A DNA stretch of 64,000 nucleotides from an uncultured Alphaproteobacteria bacterium (GTDB lineage Bacteria; Pseudomonadota; Alphaproteobacteria; HIMB59; GCA-002718135), in the NCBI GenBank assembly GCA_902525035.1, contig CABZFN010000002.1, positions 57,603 to 121,602 of the forward strand, read 5' to 3'. Shown piece after piece: positions 11,761-20,140 of the stretch. The first letter of the stretch is position 1. Each line of letters opens with the position of its first letter. The notes below the pieces were generated by a model. That model ran no database searches. It was not told where the DNA came from and saw only the letters and a list, made by a program, of their open reading frames with translations. The position numbers were made by a program, and so were the translations under genes.

Positions 11761-11806
11761 TGGTTAGGGGGGTATGATTCGAACCTACAAATGCCAACTC
11801 CAAAAA
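11761..11806 (-). repeat. Degenerate copy of the tRNA-Gln 3' half (att-like site 2)
   Basis: tggttaggggggtatgattcgaacctacaaatgccaactccaaaaa matches 13274-13319 at 40/46 positions without gaps. Confidence 0.92.
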
Positions 11807-11964
11807 GAGTTGAAATAACAATTAGATTTATAAATTGGCTAGATAACTTGTATTAATTTTTTATAGTTTTAAAAATGACTTTGTAAATGTAGTCTAAGTG
11901 TAGCCAAAATTTAATATTTTATTAATTTAAATTTTTTATATTCTTAAAAAAAAGGAGTTTATAA

Positions 11965-12882
11965 ATGACTAAAATTGCAATAGTAACAGGAGCATCTCGT
12001 GGATTTGGTCGAGGAATAGCTCATGTACTTGCTACTGAAGGTAATTTCAAGGTATTCGCAACTGCAAGAAATAAATCTGCTCTTGATGATCTAAAAGATG
12101 AAGTTGATTCTTTTAAAGGAGATGGAGAATTATTTCCTTATGTTTTAGATCAAAATAATGATGAAGATGTCAAAAAATTTTCGGAAGAAATAATTTCAAA
12201 AGAAGAAAAAATAGATTTACTTGTCAATAGTGCTTATCAAGGACTAGTAGCAATGACACCTCATTTTGGTAAACCATTTTGGGAGAGACCTATCTCTGTG
12301 TATGATGGACATATGAATGTAGGTGTTAGAAGCTCATATGTAATGAGTAAGCTAATAGTTCCATCAATGATAAAAAATAATAATGGGCTGATATTACAAA
12401 TTTCTAGTTATGGAGGTTTTTTTTATCTTTTTGATGTTGGGTATGGAGTTGCACATGCTGCAATGGATCGTCTGAGTTGTGATATGGCTATTGAGTTAAA
12501 AGAGCATAATGTAAGAGCAATAACTTTACATCCTGCAGGTGGTCAAACAGAAATTACGGCATTTCCTAATGGAGAAAGTCCAAAATTTGTTGGTAGAGCT
12601 GTATATGCTTTAATTGAAAAGGCTGATGATTCTTTTTTATCTAAATCAAATGGCAAAACATTATTTACAATTGATTTGGCAAAAAAATTTGATTTTAAAG
12701 AAGATTATGATCATGATGGATCTATCAATGAAACGCGTTACGAAAGTTCAAAACCTATTAAAGAAATGATGTTAAAGGCATTACCTCAATATGATGGTGA
12801 ATCACTATTACCATCATTTAAGGAAACTAATAATTCTGGTTTTGCAGATTTATTTCCAGGAGCAAAAAATAAAAAATTATAA
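11965..12882 (+). CDS. Short-chain dehydrogenase/reductase (DHRS1-like)
   Basis: TGASRGFGRG, IDLLVNSAY, KPFWE.P, ISS.GG..Y.F.V.YGV; RBS AGGAG. Confidence 0.88.
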   Translation: MTKIAIVTGASRGFGRGIAHVLATEGNFKVFATARNKSALDDLKDEVDSFKGDGELFPYVLDQNNDEDVKKFSEEIISKEEKIDLLVNSAYQGLVAMTPHFGKPFWERPISVYDGHMNVGVRSSYVMSKLIVPSMIKNNNGLILQISSYGGFFYLFDVGYGVAHAAMDRLSCDMAIELKEHNVRAITLHPAGGQTEITAFPNGESPKFVGRAVYALIEKADDSFLSKSNGKTLFTIDLAKKFDFKEDYDHDGSINETRYESSKPIKEMMLKALPQYDGESLLPSFKETNNSGFADLFPGAKNKKL

Positions 12883-12894
12883 AGGAGTTATAAA

Positions 12895-13206
12895 ATGTCA
12901 TTAATGGTTTGGATTAAAGTTCATATTAGAGAAGGAAAAATGGATGAATATATGAATTTACATAACTCTCCAAACGGAAGAGCCTACACCTTGTCTCAAG
13001 AAGGATGTAATAGTATTATTAGATCAATAGATAGAGAAAATAAAAATGTGTTACTTTTAACAGAGGAATGGGACTCCATGGGTGATTGGGATAAATATAT
13101 AGCTAAAAGAGAAAGTGGTAAAGAAGACGACAATTTTTTAAAAAAGATAGCAAATCTTCTTACCAATAAAGGTCATGAAATCACGTTTTCAGAAATAACT
13201 AATTAA
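12895..13206 (+). CDS. Antibiotic biosynthesis monooxygenase (ABM)/dimeric alpha-beta barrel protein
   Basis: ~100 aa; ..EG..DEY, QEGC, LLTEEWDS pattern; RBS AAGGAG. Confidence 0.7.
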   Translation: MSLMVWIKVHIREGKMDEYMNLHNSPNGRAYTLSQEGCNSIIRSIDRENKNVLLLTEEWDSMGDWDKYIAKRESGKEDDNFLKKIANLLTNKGHEITFSEITN

Positions 13207-13273
13207 ATAAATTAGTCTCAGTTTAGCCTAAGCGTTGCCACATCAATAGATTCAGAAGATACATGCAATTTTT

Positions 13274-13348
13274 TGGCTGGGGCGGTAGGATTCGAACCTA
13301 CGAATGCCGACTCCAAAAACCGGTGCCTTACCGCTTGGCGACGCCCCA
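13274..13348 (-). tRNA. tRNA-Gln(TTG)
   Basis: Minus strand reads TGGGGCGTCGCCAAGCGGTAAGGCA-CCGGT-TTTTGGA-GTCGG-CATTCGTAGGTTCGAATCCTACCGCCCCAGCCA. Confidence 0.97.
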
Positions 13349-13510
13349 AATTGTGAATACTCTCTAGTATTTACCACAAAATAAGTCAAATTCTTCAAGT
13401 GCGACATTACCATAAATAGGAGTAAAAAGTAAAAAAAGTGATCCATATTGATTTAAGACTGATTCAAAATAAGGGATTTACATTTTTAAAGCTAAACCTA
13501 TTTAATTTTT

Positions 13511-14200
13511 ATGCGAGAATTGTTTACAGTAGTTTCATTCTTATCAGTTTTTTTAACCATTAATCAAGTCAATGCGAATACAGAAAAGTTGTACGAGAGA
13601 CTTGTAAATGATTGGTCAACTATTTTTCCTGATGGAAATAGAAATGCTGCTGGGCCTAGATTTTTTAAATATATTTTAGATCAAAACTTTGAATATGAAG
13701 AATTTTTGCAATTTAATAAATTATATTGTGCTGTTTCAGGCTCTCTAATTCCTCCTGATGCTCAACCAGATGAAATCTTTCTTACTAATTTAGATAATGA
13801 TGAAAAAATTTGTGGTCAATATTATAAATGTTGTTGGCCTTGTTTATGTGATGTAATGAAATATTCAGAAACAAAAAAAATAAACATTAATTTTAAAGAT
13901 CAATCAAAAGATATTTATGCAATTGTTATAGATAATCCTTGTGATAAAAATGATTTTCCAGAACTTGTTAATCGAGATTATTTTTGTGCAGGTAATGAGT
14001 TAAATAAAGAATATACTTACTCAGTAGATAATAAACTTGTTATTGGCTTATTGCATAATGCAAAAAAATGTGATGCTTACGATATAGATTACATAAAAAA
14101 TGACCAAATAACCGGACCCATGTGTGAAGCTAGAAATAGTATGCCTCTCGAGGATCTGAATTTTGGAATGGGCGACATTTTTATTAGATTGGCAAATTGA
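13511..14200 (+). CDS. Secreted Cys-rich hypothetical protein
   Basis: Signal peptide (VNA|N); 10 Cys including CGQYYKCCWPCLCD. Confidence 0.85.
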   Translation: MRELFTVVSFLSVFLTINQVNANTEKLYERLVNDWSTIFPDGNRNAAGPRFFKYILDQNFEYEEFLQFNKLYCAVSGSLIPPDAQPDEIFLTNLDNDEKICGQYYKCCWPCLCDVMKYSETKKININFKDQSKDIYAIVIDNPCDKNDFPELVNRDYFCAGNELNKEYTYSVDNKLVIGLLHNAKKCDAYDIDYIKNDQITGPMCEARNSMPLEDLNFGMGDIFIRLAN

Positions 14201-15630
14201 AAATACTTGAAATGCGTAAGTTAATTTTTATTTTTATTATATTGATATCTAATATGGCTAAGGCAGAATTTTTTTCTAATATTTCACATATAATTGAAAA
14301 TAATAACGATCGATTAAGTTATGGAGTTTCAGTAACTGACTTTAATAAAGATGGAACTTTTGAATTTATTGTTGCAGGTTTTGGTTACTCCAATTTAGCT
14401 CTAAGCTATAAAAATGGAAAACTAATTAATATAATTCAAGATCCTTTATTCGTTGATGAAGATAGGAATACCATTGGTGTATCTGCTTGTGATATTGACC
14501 AGGATGGTTTTGAAGAAATTTATTTCTTAAATACTGATACGTATAGTGGAGAAAAAAAATACTCTGATAGATTATTGGACAATAATAATAATAATATATT
14601 CGATTATTTTGAGTTAGAAAAAAATTTAGAAAATTTAAATTTGACTGCAGGGAGATCAGTTGTTTGTGTAGATAGAAATGGATCAGGAAAATACGGTATA
14701 TATGTGGCTAATTATGGAGGCCCTACTAGATTTTATGAAATTGAAGAAAATGAAGTTGAGGACTTAGCACCAATTCTTGGAATTGATCAGATAACTGGAG
14801 GAAGAGCTGTTATCTCAGGACATATAGTTTCTGATAATATGGATATATTTGCAGCTAATGAGAGAGGTCCAAATTTTTTATATAAAAATATTAATGGTAA
14901 TTTTAATGATATTGCGATTGAAAAAAATGTGCAAGATACTTTTCAAAATGGTCGCGGAACTGCTTTAACTGATTTTTTATATAGAGGTGAACTTGATATT
15001 ATAACAAGTAACTGGGAAGGTTATCATCGTATTTTTGTAAAACAAAAAGAATCATTTCTCGATATGTCCTCATTAGATTTTAGATCACCAAGTAGAATAC
15101 GAACAGTTATATCGGCTGATTTTGATAATGATGGTTATGATGAAATTTTTTTAAATAATATAGGTCAACCAAATAAACTCTTTCGTATTCTTGATGAAGG
15201 AAACTTAGAAGAAATCAAATTAGACGAAGCACTTGAAGCACAAGGTCTAGGAACTGGTGCTGCTGTTGCCGATATTGATGGAGATGGAATTTTAGAATTA
15301 CTTATTTCTCATGGTGAATCTGGTGCACAGCCGCTAAGTTTATTTAAAGCAAATGTATTAAATACTAATTATCTTAGAATCAAACCTCTCAACACCTTTG
15401 GCGCTCCAGCTAGAGGTGCTACAGTTACCTTAAATACAAATTTAAGAAGTCATGCCAAGACTATTGATGCAGGCTCAGGATATTTATGTCAAATGGAACC
15501 GGTAGCACATTACGGCTTACGTGAAGGTGAAATCATTAAAAATATAACAATAAAATGGACGAATGGTACAATTGATAGTTATAAAATTAATGATATAAAT
15601 AATATATTGGAATTTAAACAAGGAATATAA
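14197..15630 (+). CDS. CRTAC1 family protein (FG-GAP-like repeats + ASPIC/UnbV domain)
   Basis: DFNKDG, DIDQDG, DFDNDG, DIDGDG repeats; IDAGSGYLCQMEPVAHYGL; likely start ATG 14212. Confidence 0.9.
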   Translation: MKILEMRKLIFIFIILISNMAKAEFFSNISHIIENNNDRLSYGVSVTDFNKDGTFEFIVAGFGYSNLALSYKNGKLINIIQDPLFVDEDRNTIGVSACDIDQDGFEEIYFLNTDTYSGEKKYSDRLLDNNNNNIFDYFELEKNLENLNLTAGRSVVCVDRNGSGKYGIYVANYGGPTRFYEIEENEVEDLAPILGIDQITGGRAVISGHIVSDNMDIFAANERGPNFLYKNINGNFNDIAIEKNVQDTFQNGRGTALTDFLYRGELDIITSNWEGYHRIFVKQKESFLDMSSLDFRSPSRIRTVISADFDNDGYDEIFLNNIGQPNKLFRILDEGNLEEIKLDEALEAQGLGTGAAVADIDGDGILELLISHGESGAQPLSLFKANVLNTNYLRIKPLNTFGAPARGATVTLNTNLRSHAKTIDAGSGYLCQMEPVAHYGLREGEIIKNITIKWTNGTIDSYKINDINNILEFKQGI

Positions 15631-15634
15631 TTCA

Positions 15635-16093
15635 ATGTCTATTGCTGAAACATTAAAAAAACCAGCTCCACGTTTTAATTGGAAATGTAAACATACTTGG
15701 AGAAGAAGTGCTAAAAATACTGCTTGGTGTTTGCTAGGATGTAGTATTGGCGATTTTGGAACCATACTTTATTTTCAATTAACTGGCATTCCTTGGCCTA
15801 CTCTTTATATTATGATCCTAGCAATCATTAATGGTATTATTACTAGCATCATTTTAGAGACTGTAGTTTTATCAAGACAAATGATTATCAGCAAAGCTTT
15901 CAAAACAGCCATAGGAATGAGTTTAATTTCAATGATGTCTATGGAAATAGCCATGAATGCAGTTGACTGGATCATTATGGGTGGCGCTAAACTTGTATGG
16001 TGGATAATACCTATAATGCTTCTTGCAGGCTTTCTAACGCCATGGCCATATAATTATTACAGATTAAAAAAGTATAATATTGCCTGCCATTAA
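15635..16093 (+). CDS. DUF4396-like membrane protein
   Basis: NTAWCLLGCSIGD, A.GMSLISM.SME.AMN, AGFLTPWPYNY. Confidence 0.78.
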   Translation: MSIAETLKKPAPRFNWKCKHTWRRSAKNTAWCLLGCSIGDFGTILYFQLTGIPWPTLYIMILAIINGIITSIILETVVLSRQMIISKAFKTAIGMSLISMMSMEIAMNAVDWIIMGGAKLVWWIIPIMLLAGFLTPWPYNYYRLKKYNIACH

Positions 16094-16147
16094 TTAAATT
16101 AATTCACATCCAAATATTGAAATTGGTTTAAACCCACATATTTTATC

Positions 16148-16618
16148 TTGATGATTAGAATATTTCTTACATTATTATTTATAAGTTCCACATCATTTGC
16201 CGCTAGTACTAGCTCAGATGACAGTGAAACTAGCATTTCAGCTAGTGAACAGGTTACAAAATTATACGATAAGGCTTACGAATTAGTTTATTATAAGAAA
16301 TTTGATAAATCTATTAAATTACTTGAAAAAATTGCTAAGCGTAAAGACCTAGGTGAAAAAAAAGCTGATGTATATAACCTACTTGGTTTTAGTTACAGAA
16401 AGCACAGTGAGCCAAATCTAGATAAAGCCTTTGAAGCATATAGAATCGCTTTAGACGCAAATCCTGAACATTTAGGAGCACATGAATATCTTGGAGAACT
16501 TTACATCACCCTTGGTAATATGAATAAAGCTAATGAAATGTTATTAAAATTAGAAACAATAGCTGGAACTAATTCTATGGAATATAGAAAATTAAAAACA
16601 GCAATTGATAATTCATAA
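16148..16618 (+). CDS. Secreted tetratricopeptide repeat protein
   Basis: Signal peptide; ADVYNLLGFSYRK, P.HLGAHEYLGELY. Confidence 0.85.
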   Translation: MMIRIFLTLLFISSTSFAASTSSDDSETSISASEQVTKLYDKAYELVYYKKFDKSIKLLEKIAKRKDLGEKKADVYNLLGFSYRKHSEPNLDKAFEAYRIALDANPEHLGAHEYLGELYITLGNMNKANEMLLKLETIAGTNSMEYRKLKTAIDNS

Positions 16619-16625
16619 ATATAAC

Positions 16626-16650
16626 AATTGCTCTTTATATAAGAGCAATT
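16626..16650. terminator. Inverted repeat, probable terminator after the TPR gene
   Basis: AATTGCTCTT-tatat-AAGAGCAATT perfect 10-bp stem. Confidence 0.6.
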
Positions 16651-16657
16651 TTAACTG

Positions 16658-17086
16658 ATGATAATTTATACTCTTAATTTTTTTGTAACAATCCTTATGG
16701 GATCTATGATTTTCTTTATGGCTGTCGTATCGCCCTCAGTCTTTGCCACTTTAAGTGCTAACGCCAGCAGTAAATTTTTAAGAACAATTTTTCCTAGAAT
16801 GTTTTTATTTGGGTTTATAATAGCTCTTTTATCTTTAATCCTTAGTTATATTTCAGGTAATAATTTAAATTCTATTTTATTAGTAATAGTGGCTGTAAGT
16901 TTTATTATTAATAGAAATTATTTAACGCCCAAAATTAATAATTTTAGAGAAAAAGAATTAGAAGGCGATGAAAAAGCATCATCTAATTTTAAATATATGC
17001 ATTTGCTTTCTGTTTTATTATTTATATTGAATTTTATTATTTTAGTTAGCATTGTAATTATCAATTACTTTAATTTTAATTTATAA
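16658..17086 (+). CDS. DUF4149/TMEM205-like membrane protein
   Basis: GSMIFF..VV.P.VF..L......FLR.IFP, L.PKIN, F...H..SV.L. Confidence 0.8.
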   Translation: MIIYTLNFFVTILMGSMIFFMAVVSPSVFATLSANASSKFLRTIFPRMFLFGFIIALLSLILSYISGNNLNSILLVIVAVSFIINRNYLTPKINNFREKELEGDEKASSNFKYMHLLSVLLFILNFIILVSIVIINYFNFNL

Positions 17087-17727
17087 ACTTTATCCTGTCC
17101 CACAGGATAAATACTCAAATTATTCTTACCTAATACATCACTTATTTGTTTAGAATGGACATCCAATCCACCCGTTAAAATTCCAAAACTTGGTAAAATG
17201 AATATTTTTTCATTATGCACGAAAGATGTTTTAAAAATAGTTTTCCCTCTGTGTACAATTTTTACTTTTGGATGATAGTGACCACAAATTTGAAATAGAG
17301 ATGTTTTGATAGGTATGTGTGTAAATAAAAATTTACCAATTTTATAATTTGTAAAATTTTTAAAACCTTCAATTTGTATATTTTTATCATGATTACCCTT
17401 GATCCATATGAAATCAGTATTTTTCATATATTGACTAAGATTTTTATAATCTTGATCTTTTATACTCAAAGTTGAAAAAACATCGTGTAATAAATCACCA
17501 ACTATAATTAAATTACAGGGTTTAATCTTATCTAAACTAACAAAAATTTTGTTTAATATTTCTTTTGTATCATACGGAGGTAAGAATTGCTTATTCTTTG
17601 CATAACTAATAGATTTTCCTATATGTAAATCTGATACGATCAGGGTATTTAGTCTTTTCCAATAAAGAGATTTATTTGGATAAGCATGAAATTCTTCATT
17701 ACCAAAATTAATTAATTGATAGTACAT
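17065..17727 (-). CDS. pdeM: Ligase-associated metallophosphoesterase/endonuclease
   Basis: SDLHIGK, LPPYDT, GDLLH, GNHD, GHYHP, LPSFG..TGGL; overlaps lhr. Confidence 0.88.
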   Translation of the reverse strand: MYYQLINFGNEEFHAYPNKSLYWKRLNTLIVSDLHIGKSISYAKNKQFLPPYDTKEILNKIFVSLDKIKPCNLIIVGDLLHDVFSTLSIKDQDYKNLSQYMKNTDFIWIKGNHDKNIQIEGFKNFTNYKIGKFLFTHIPIKTSLFQICGHYHPKVKIVHRGKTIFKTSFVHNEKIFILPSFGILTGGLDVHSKQISDVLGKNNLSIYPVGQDKVYKLKLK

Positions 17728-20140
17728 TAGCCTCTTTTAATATTTCATTTTCTAAATCCTCTAAAATATATTCATCAGTTTCTTTTTTTGATAAATTTTC
17801 TCTATTTATTTCAAGAATAATTGGAACAGCCAATGGTGAAATACATGTAAGTTTCTTTAATATAATTTTTTTATCAATTTCTTTTAAGATTTCTCTAAGT
17901 CTATCATAATCAATCATATTCTTTTTTGCGTCTTCATATGATGATTTTAGAAGAATGTGATCTGGTTCATTATTTTTGAGAACTGTATAAATTAGATCAG
18001 AACTAAATAAAACTTGCTTTCCAGTTTTTTCCATCCCTGGCAACCTTCTTTCTATTAAACAAGATATAATTGCATTATCTCTAAACAATCTTTTGACTAT
18101 TGAAGTTTCTTCAAGATAATTATCTAAATGTTTGTCTAACAATTCTAAATTTAGAATTGTTTTAATTTCTTTAACTTCTTTTAAAGACCATAAAACAATA
18201 GCATAATCATTTGCAACAAAACCTAGAGGTTTATAATTAAATTCCTTAAAACCTCTAAGTAATAAAAATCCTAGTGTTTGATTGGCATGCCATCCTGCAA
18301 AAGTATAGATAACAGTATAAAAATTTTTTTTTCGAGGGAATTGTTCCACTAGATATTCATCTTTTTTAGGAATTTTAGATATATTTTTTTGTCTTTTTAA
18401 CCATTCAGTAATTTGCTCTGGATATGAATCCCACATATTACTTTTTGCCAATAAAGCCCTTACTGAGTTAGCCAAATTTGTTGATAATGGCATTCTGCCT
18501 CCAGAGTATGATGGAATTTTTGAAATTAACGATTTACTTCTTTTAACTTGTACTAAATTATTTTTCATTGATTGAAATTCTAGTACTTGACCGGCAAATA
18601 TAAATGAATCGCCTTGAGAAAGATTTTGAATAAAAACTTCTTCTATATTCCCTAACGTTTTTGTTCCAAGTTTTATTTTTAACATCGGGTTTTCAATTAT
18701 TGTTCCAACATTCATGCGGTATTTTCGTGTTTCTCTTCTATTTACTAGCTTATAAATATTTTTATTTTCTCTCAATTGAAAGATTCTCTTAAATTGATCA
18801 TAATTTTTTAAAACATATCCTCCATCTTGTATGAGATTAATCAATTGTTTAAAATCATTAAGTTTTAATTTTTTGTATGGATATGCTTTGATAATTTCTT
18901 TGAAGAGATCATTAATATCAAATTGGCCCGCACAAGCCGTTGCAAAAATATGTTGAGCTACAACATCAAAACTTCCTTCTTTTAAATCTATTTTATCTAA
19001 GTTATTTTTTTTTATTTCTTCAATAGCAGCTTTTGCTTCGATAAATTCAAAACGACTAGTGGGTACTAAAATTGCTTTTGAAGGTGTATTTAAATTATGA
19101 TTTGATCTTCCTACACGCTGTAATAATCTATTAATTCCTTTAGGTGCTCCAACTTGAATAATTTTTTCTACATCTCCATAATCTAATCCGAGTTCTAAAG
19201 AAGAGGTCGAAACAACACAGTCAACTAATCCTTTGCTAAGATTATTTTCTACTTTTAAACGTAAGTTTTTTTCTAATGAACCATGGTGAACAGCAATTTT
19301 TAATTTTTTCTTATTAATTAGCCATATGTTTTTAAACATATATTCGGCTTGCGCCCTCGTATTAACAAAAATAATAGTTAATTTTGATTTTATTATTTCT
19401 TTATAGATTTCATTAATAGAATACGTAGCCATATGACCAGACCAAGGAATACGTTCTTTTGATTCTAGAATTTTAATCTTAGGAAAAACTGAATTTTCAT
19501 AAGAAACTATTTTTGGTTTTTTGCGGCAAAGCCATTTTTTGGCATCTTGTTTATTCTTGAGAGTTGCTGACAAACCTATTCGTTGTAAATTTGGAGAGAA
19601 AGTTTGTAGTCTTTCAATATTTAAACTTAGAAGATCAGCTCTCTTATTATCCAAAAAAGTATGTATCTCATCAATAATTATATATTTTAGATTGTGAAAA
19701 AATTCTTTCGCATTCTCATAAGAATTTAATAATGCAAGTGACTCTGGAGTTGTAATAAGGATATTAGGGGGTTTTTGTTTTTGTTTTTGTTTTTTATATG
19801 GTGTTGTGTCTCCTGTTCTTACTTGAAATGAAACATTTAAATCAAGCTCATTAATAGGTTTCTCTAAATTTCTCACAATATCGTTTGCAAGAGATTTTAA
19901 TGGAGAAATATAGAGAGTATGAAGACCTTTAAATTTTTTTAATTTTATTAAATCATCTATTGGATTAATAAACCCTGTTAATGTTTTGCCAGCACCAGTA
20001 GGAGCAAATACAACAACATCAGACCCAGTTCGAACATGATGAAACGTTTCAATTTGATGAGGAAACCAGGACCATTTTTTTTTCTTCATCCACTTATTTA
20101 GGGGGTGTAATAATAAGGGATTCGATTTATTTATATTCAT
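17708..20140 (-). CDS. lhr: Ligase-associated DEXH-box helicase (Lhr-core)
   Basis: APTGAGKT, LYISPLKSL, TTPESL, DEIH, HHGSL, QRVGRSNH; start taken as ATG 20140. Confidence 0.92.
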   Translation of the reverse strand: MNINKSNPLLLHPLNKWMKKKKWSWFPHQIETFHHVRTGSDVVVFAPTGAGKTLTGFINPIDDLIKLKKFKGLHTLYISPLKSLANDIVRNLEKPINELDLNVSFQVRTGDTTPYKKQKQKQKPPNILITTPESLALLNSYENAKEFFHNLKYIIIDEIHTFLDNKRADLLSLNIERLQTFSPNLQRIGLSATLKNKQDAKKWLCRKKPKIVSYENSVFPKIKILESKERIPWSGHMATYSINEIYKEIIKSKLTIIFVNTRAQAEYMFKNIWLINKKKLKIAVHHGSLEKNLRLKVENNLSKGLVDCVVSTSSLELGLDYGDVEKIIQVGAPKGINRLLQRVGRSNHNLNTPSKAILVPTSRFEFIEAKAAIEEIKKNNLDKIDLKEGSFDVVAQHIFATACAGQFDINDLFKEIIKAYPYKKLKLNDFKQLINLIQDGGYVLKNYDQFKRIFQLRENKNIYKLVNRRETRKYRMNVGTIIENPMLKIKLGTKTLGNIEEVFIQNLSQGDSFIFAGQVLEFQSMKNNLVQVKRSKSLISKIPSYSGGRMPLSTNLANSVRALLAKSNMWDSYPEQITEWLKRQKNISKIPKKDEYLVEQFPRKKNFYTVIYTFAGWHANQTLGFLLLRGFKEFNYKPLGFVANDYAIVLWSLKEVKEIKTILNLELLDKHLDNYLEETSIVKRLFRDNAIISCLIERRLPGMEKTGKQVLFSSDLIYTVLKNNEPDHILLKSSYEDAKKNMIDYDRLREILKEIDKKIILKKLTCISPLAVPIILEINRENLSKKETDEYILEDLENEILKEANVLSIN

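Larger units (their letters stand above)
10909..11806. mobile_element. Integrase-less mini-island 1 (fasciclin cargo) at tRNA-Gln
   Basis: Bounded by two direct tRNA-Gln 3'-half repeats; one cargo gene; no recombinase ORF. Confidence 0.65.
11761..13319. mobile_element. Integrase-less mini-island 2 (SDR + ABM cargo) at tRNA-Gln
   Basis: Bounded by att copy 2 and the intact tRNA; internal direct repeats tagtctaagtgtagcc (11890-11905) and tagtctcagtttagcc (13213-13228). Confidence 0.7.

Noticed and set aside
10909-11806. tRNA-half copies as functional or split tRNA genes, or as a CRISPR-like array
   Set aside because: The 5' halves are missing, the T-arm/loop is mutated, and the spacing (0.85-1.5 kb with genes between) does not fit CRISPR
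13252-13446. 64-aa minus-strand ORF
   Set aside because: Runs through the tRNA-Gln gene; spurious
13439-13460. TGATCC...TAAGA as an RpoE/ChrR-type promoter for the CRTAC1 operon
   Set aside because: Spacing between the elements is too short (~10 bp) for that consensus
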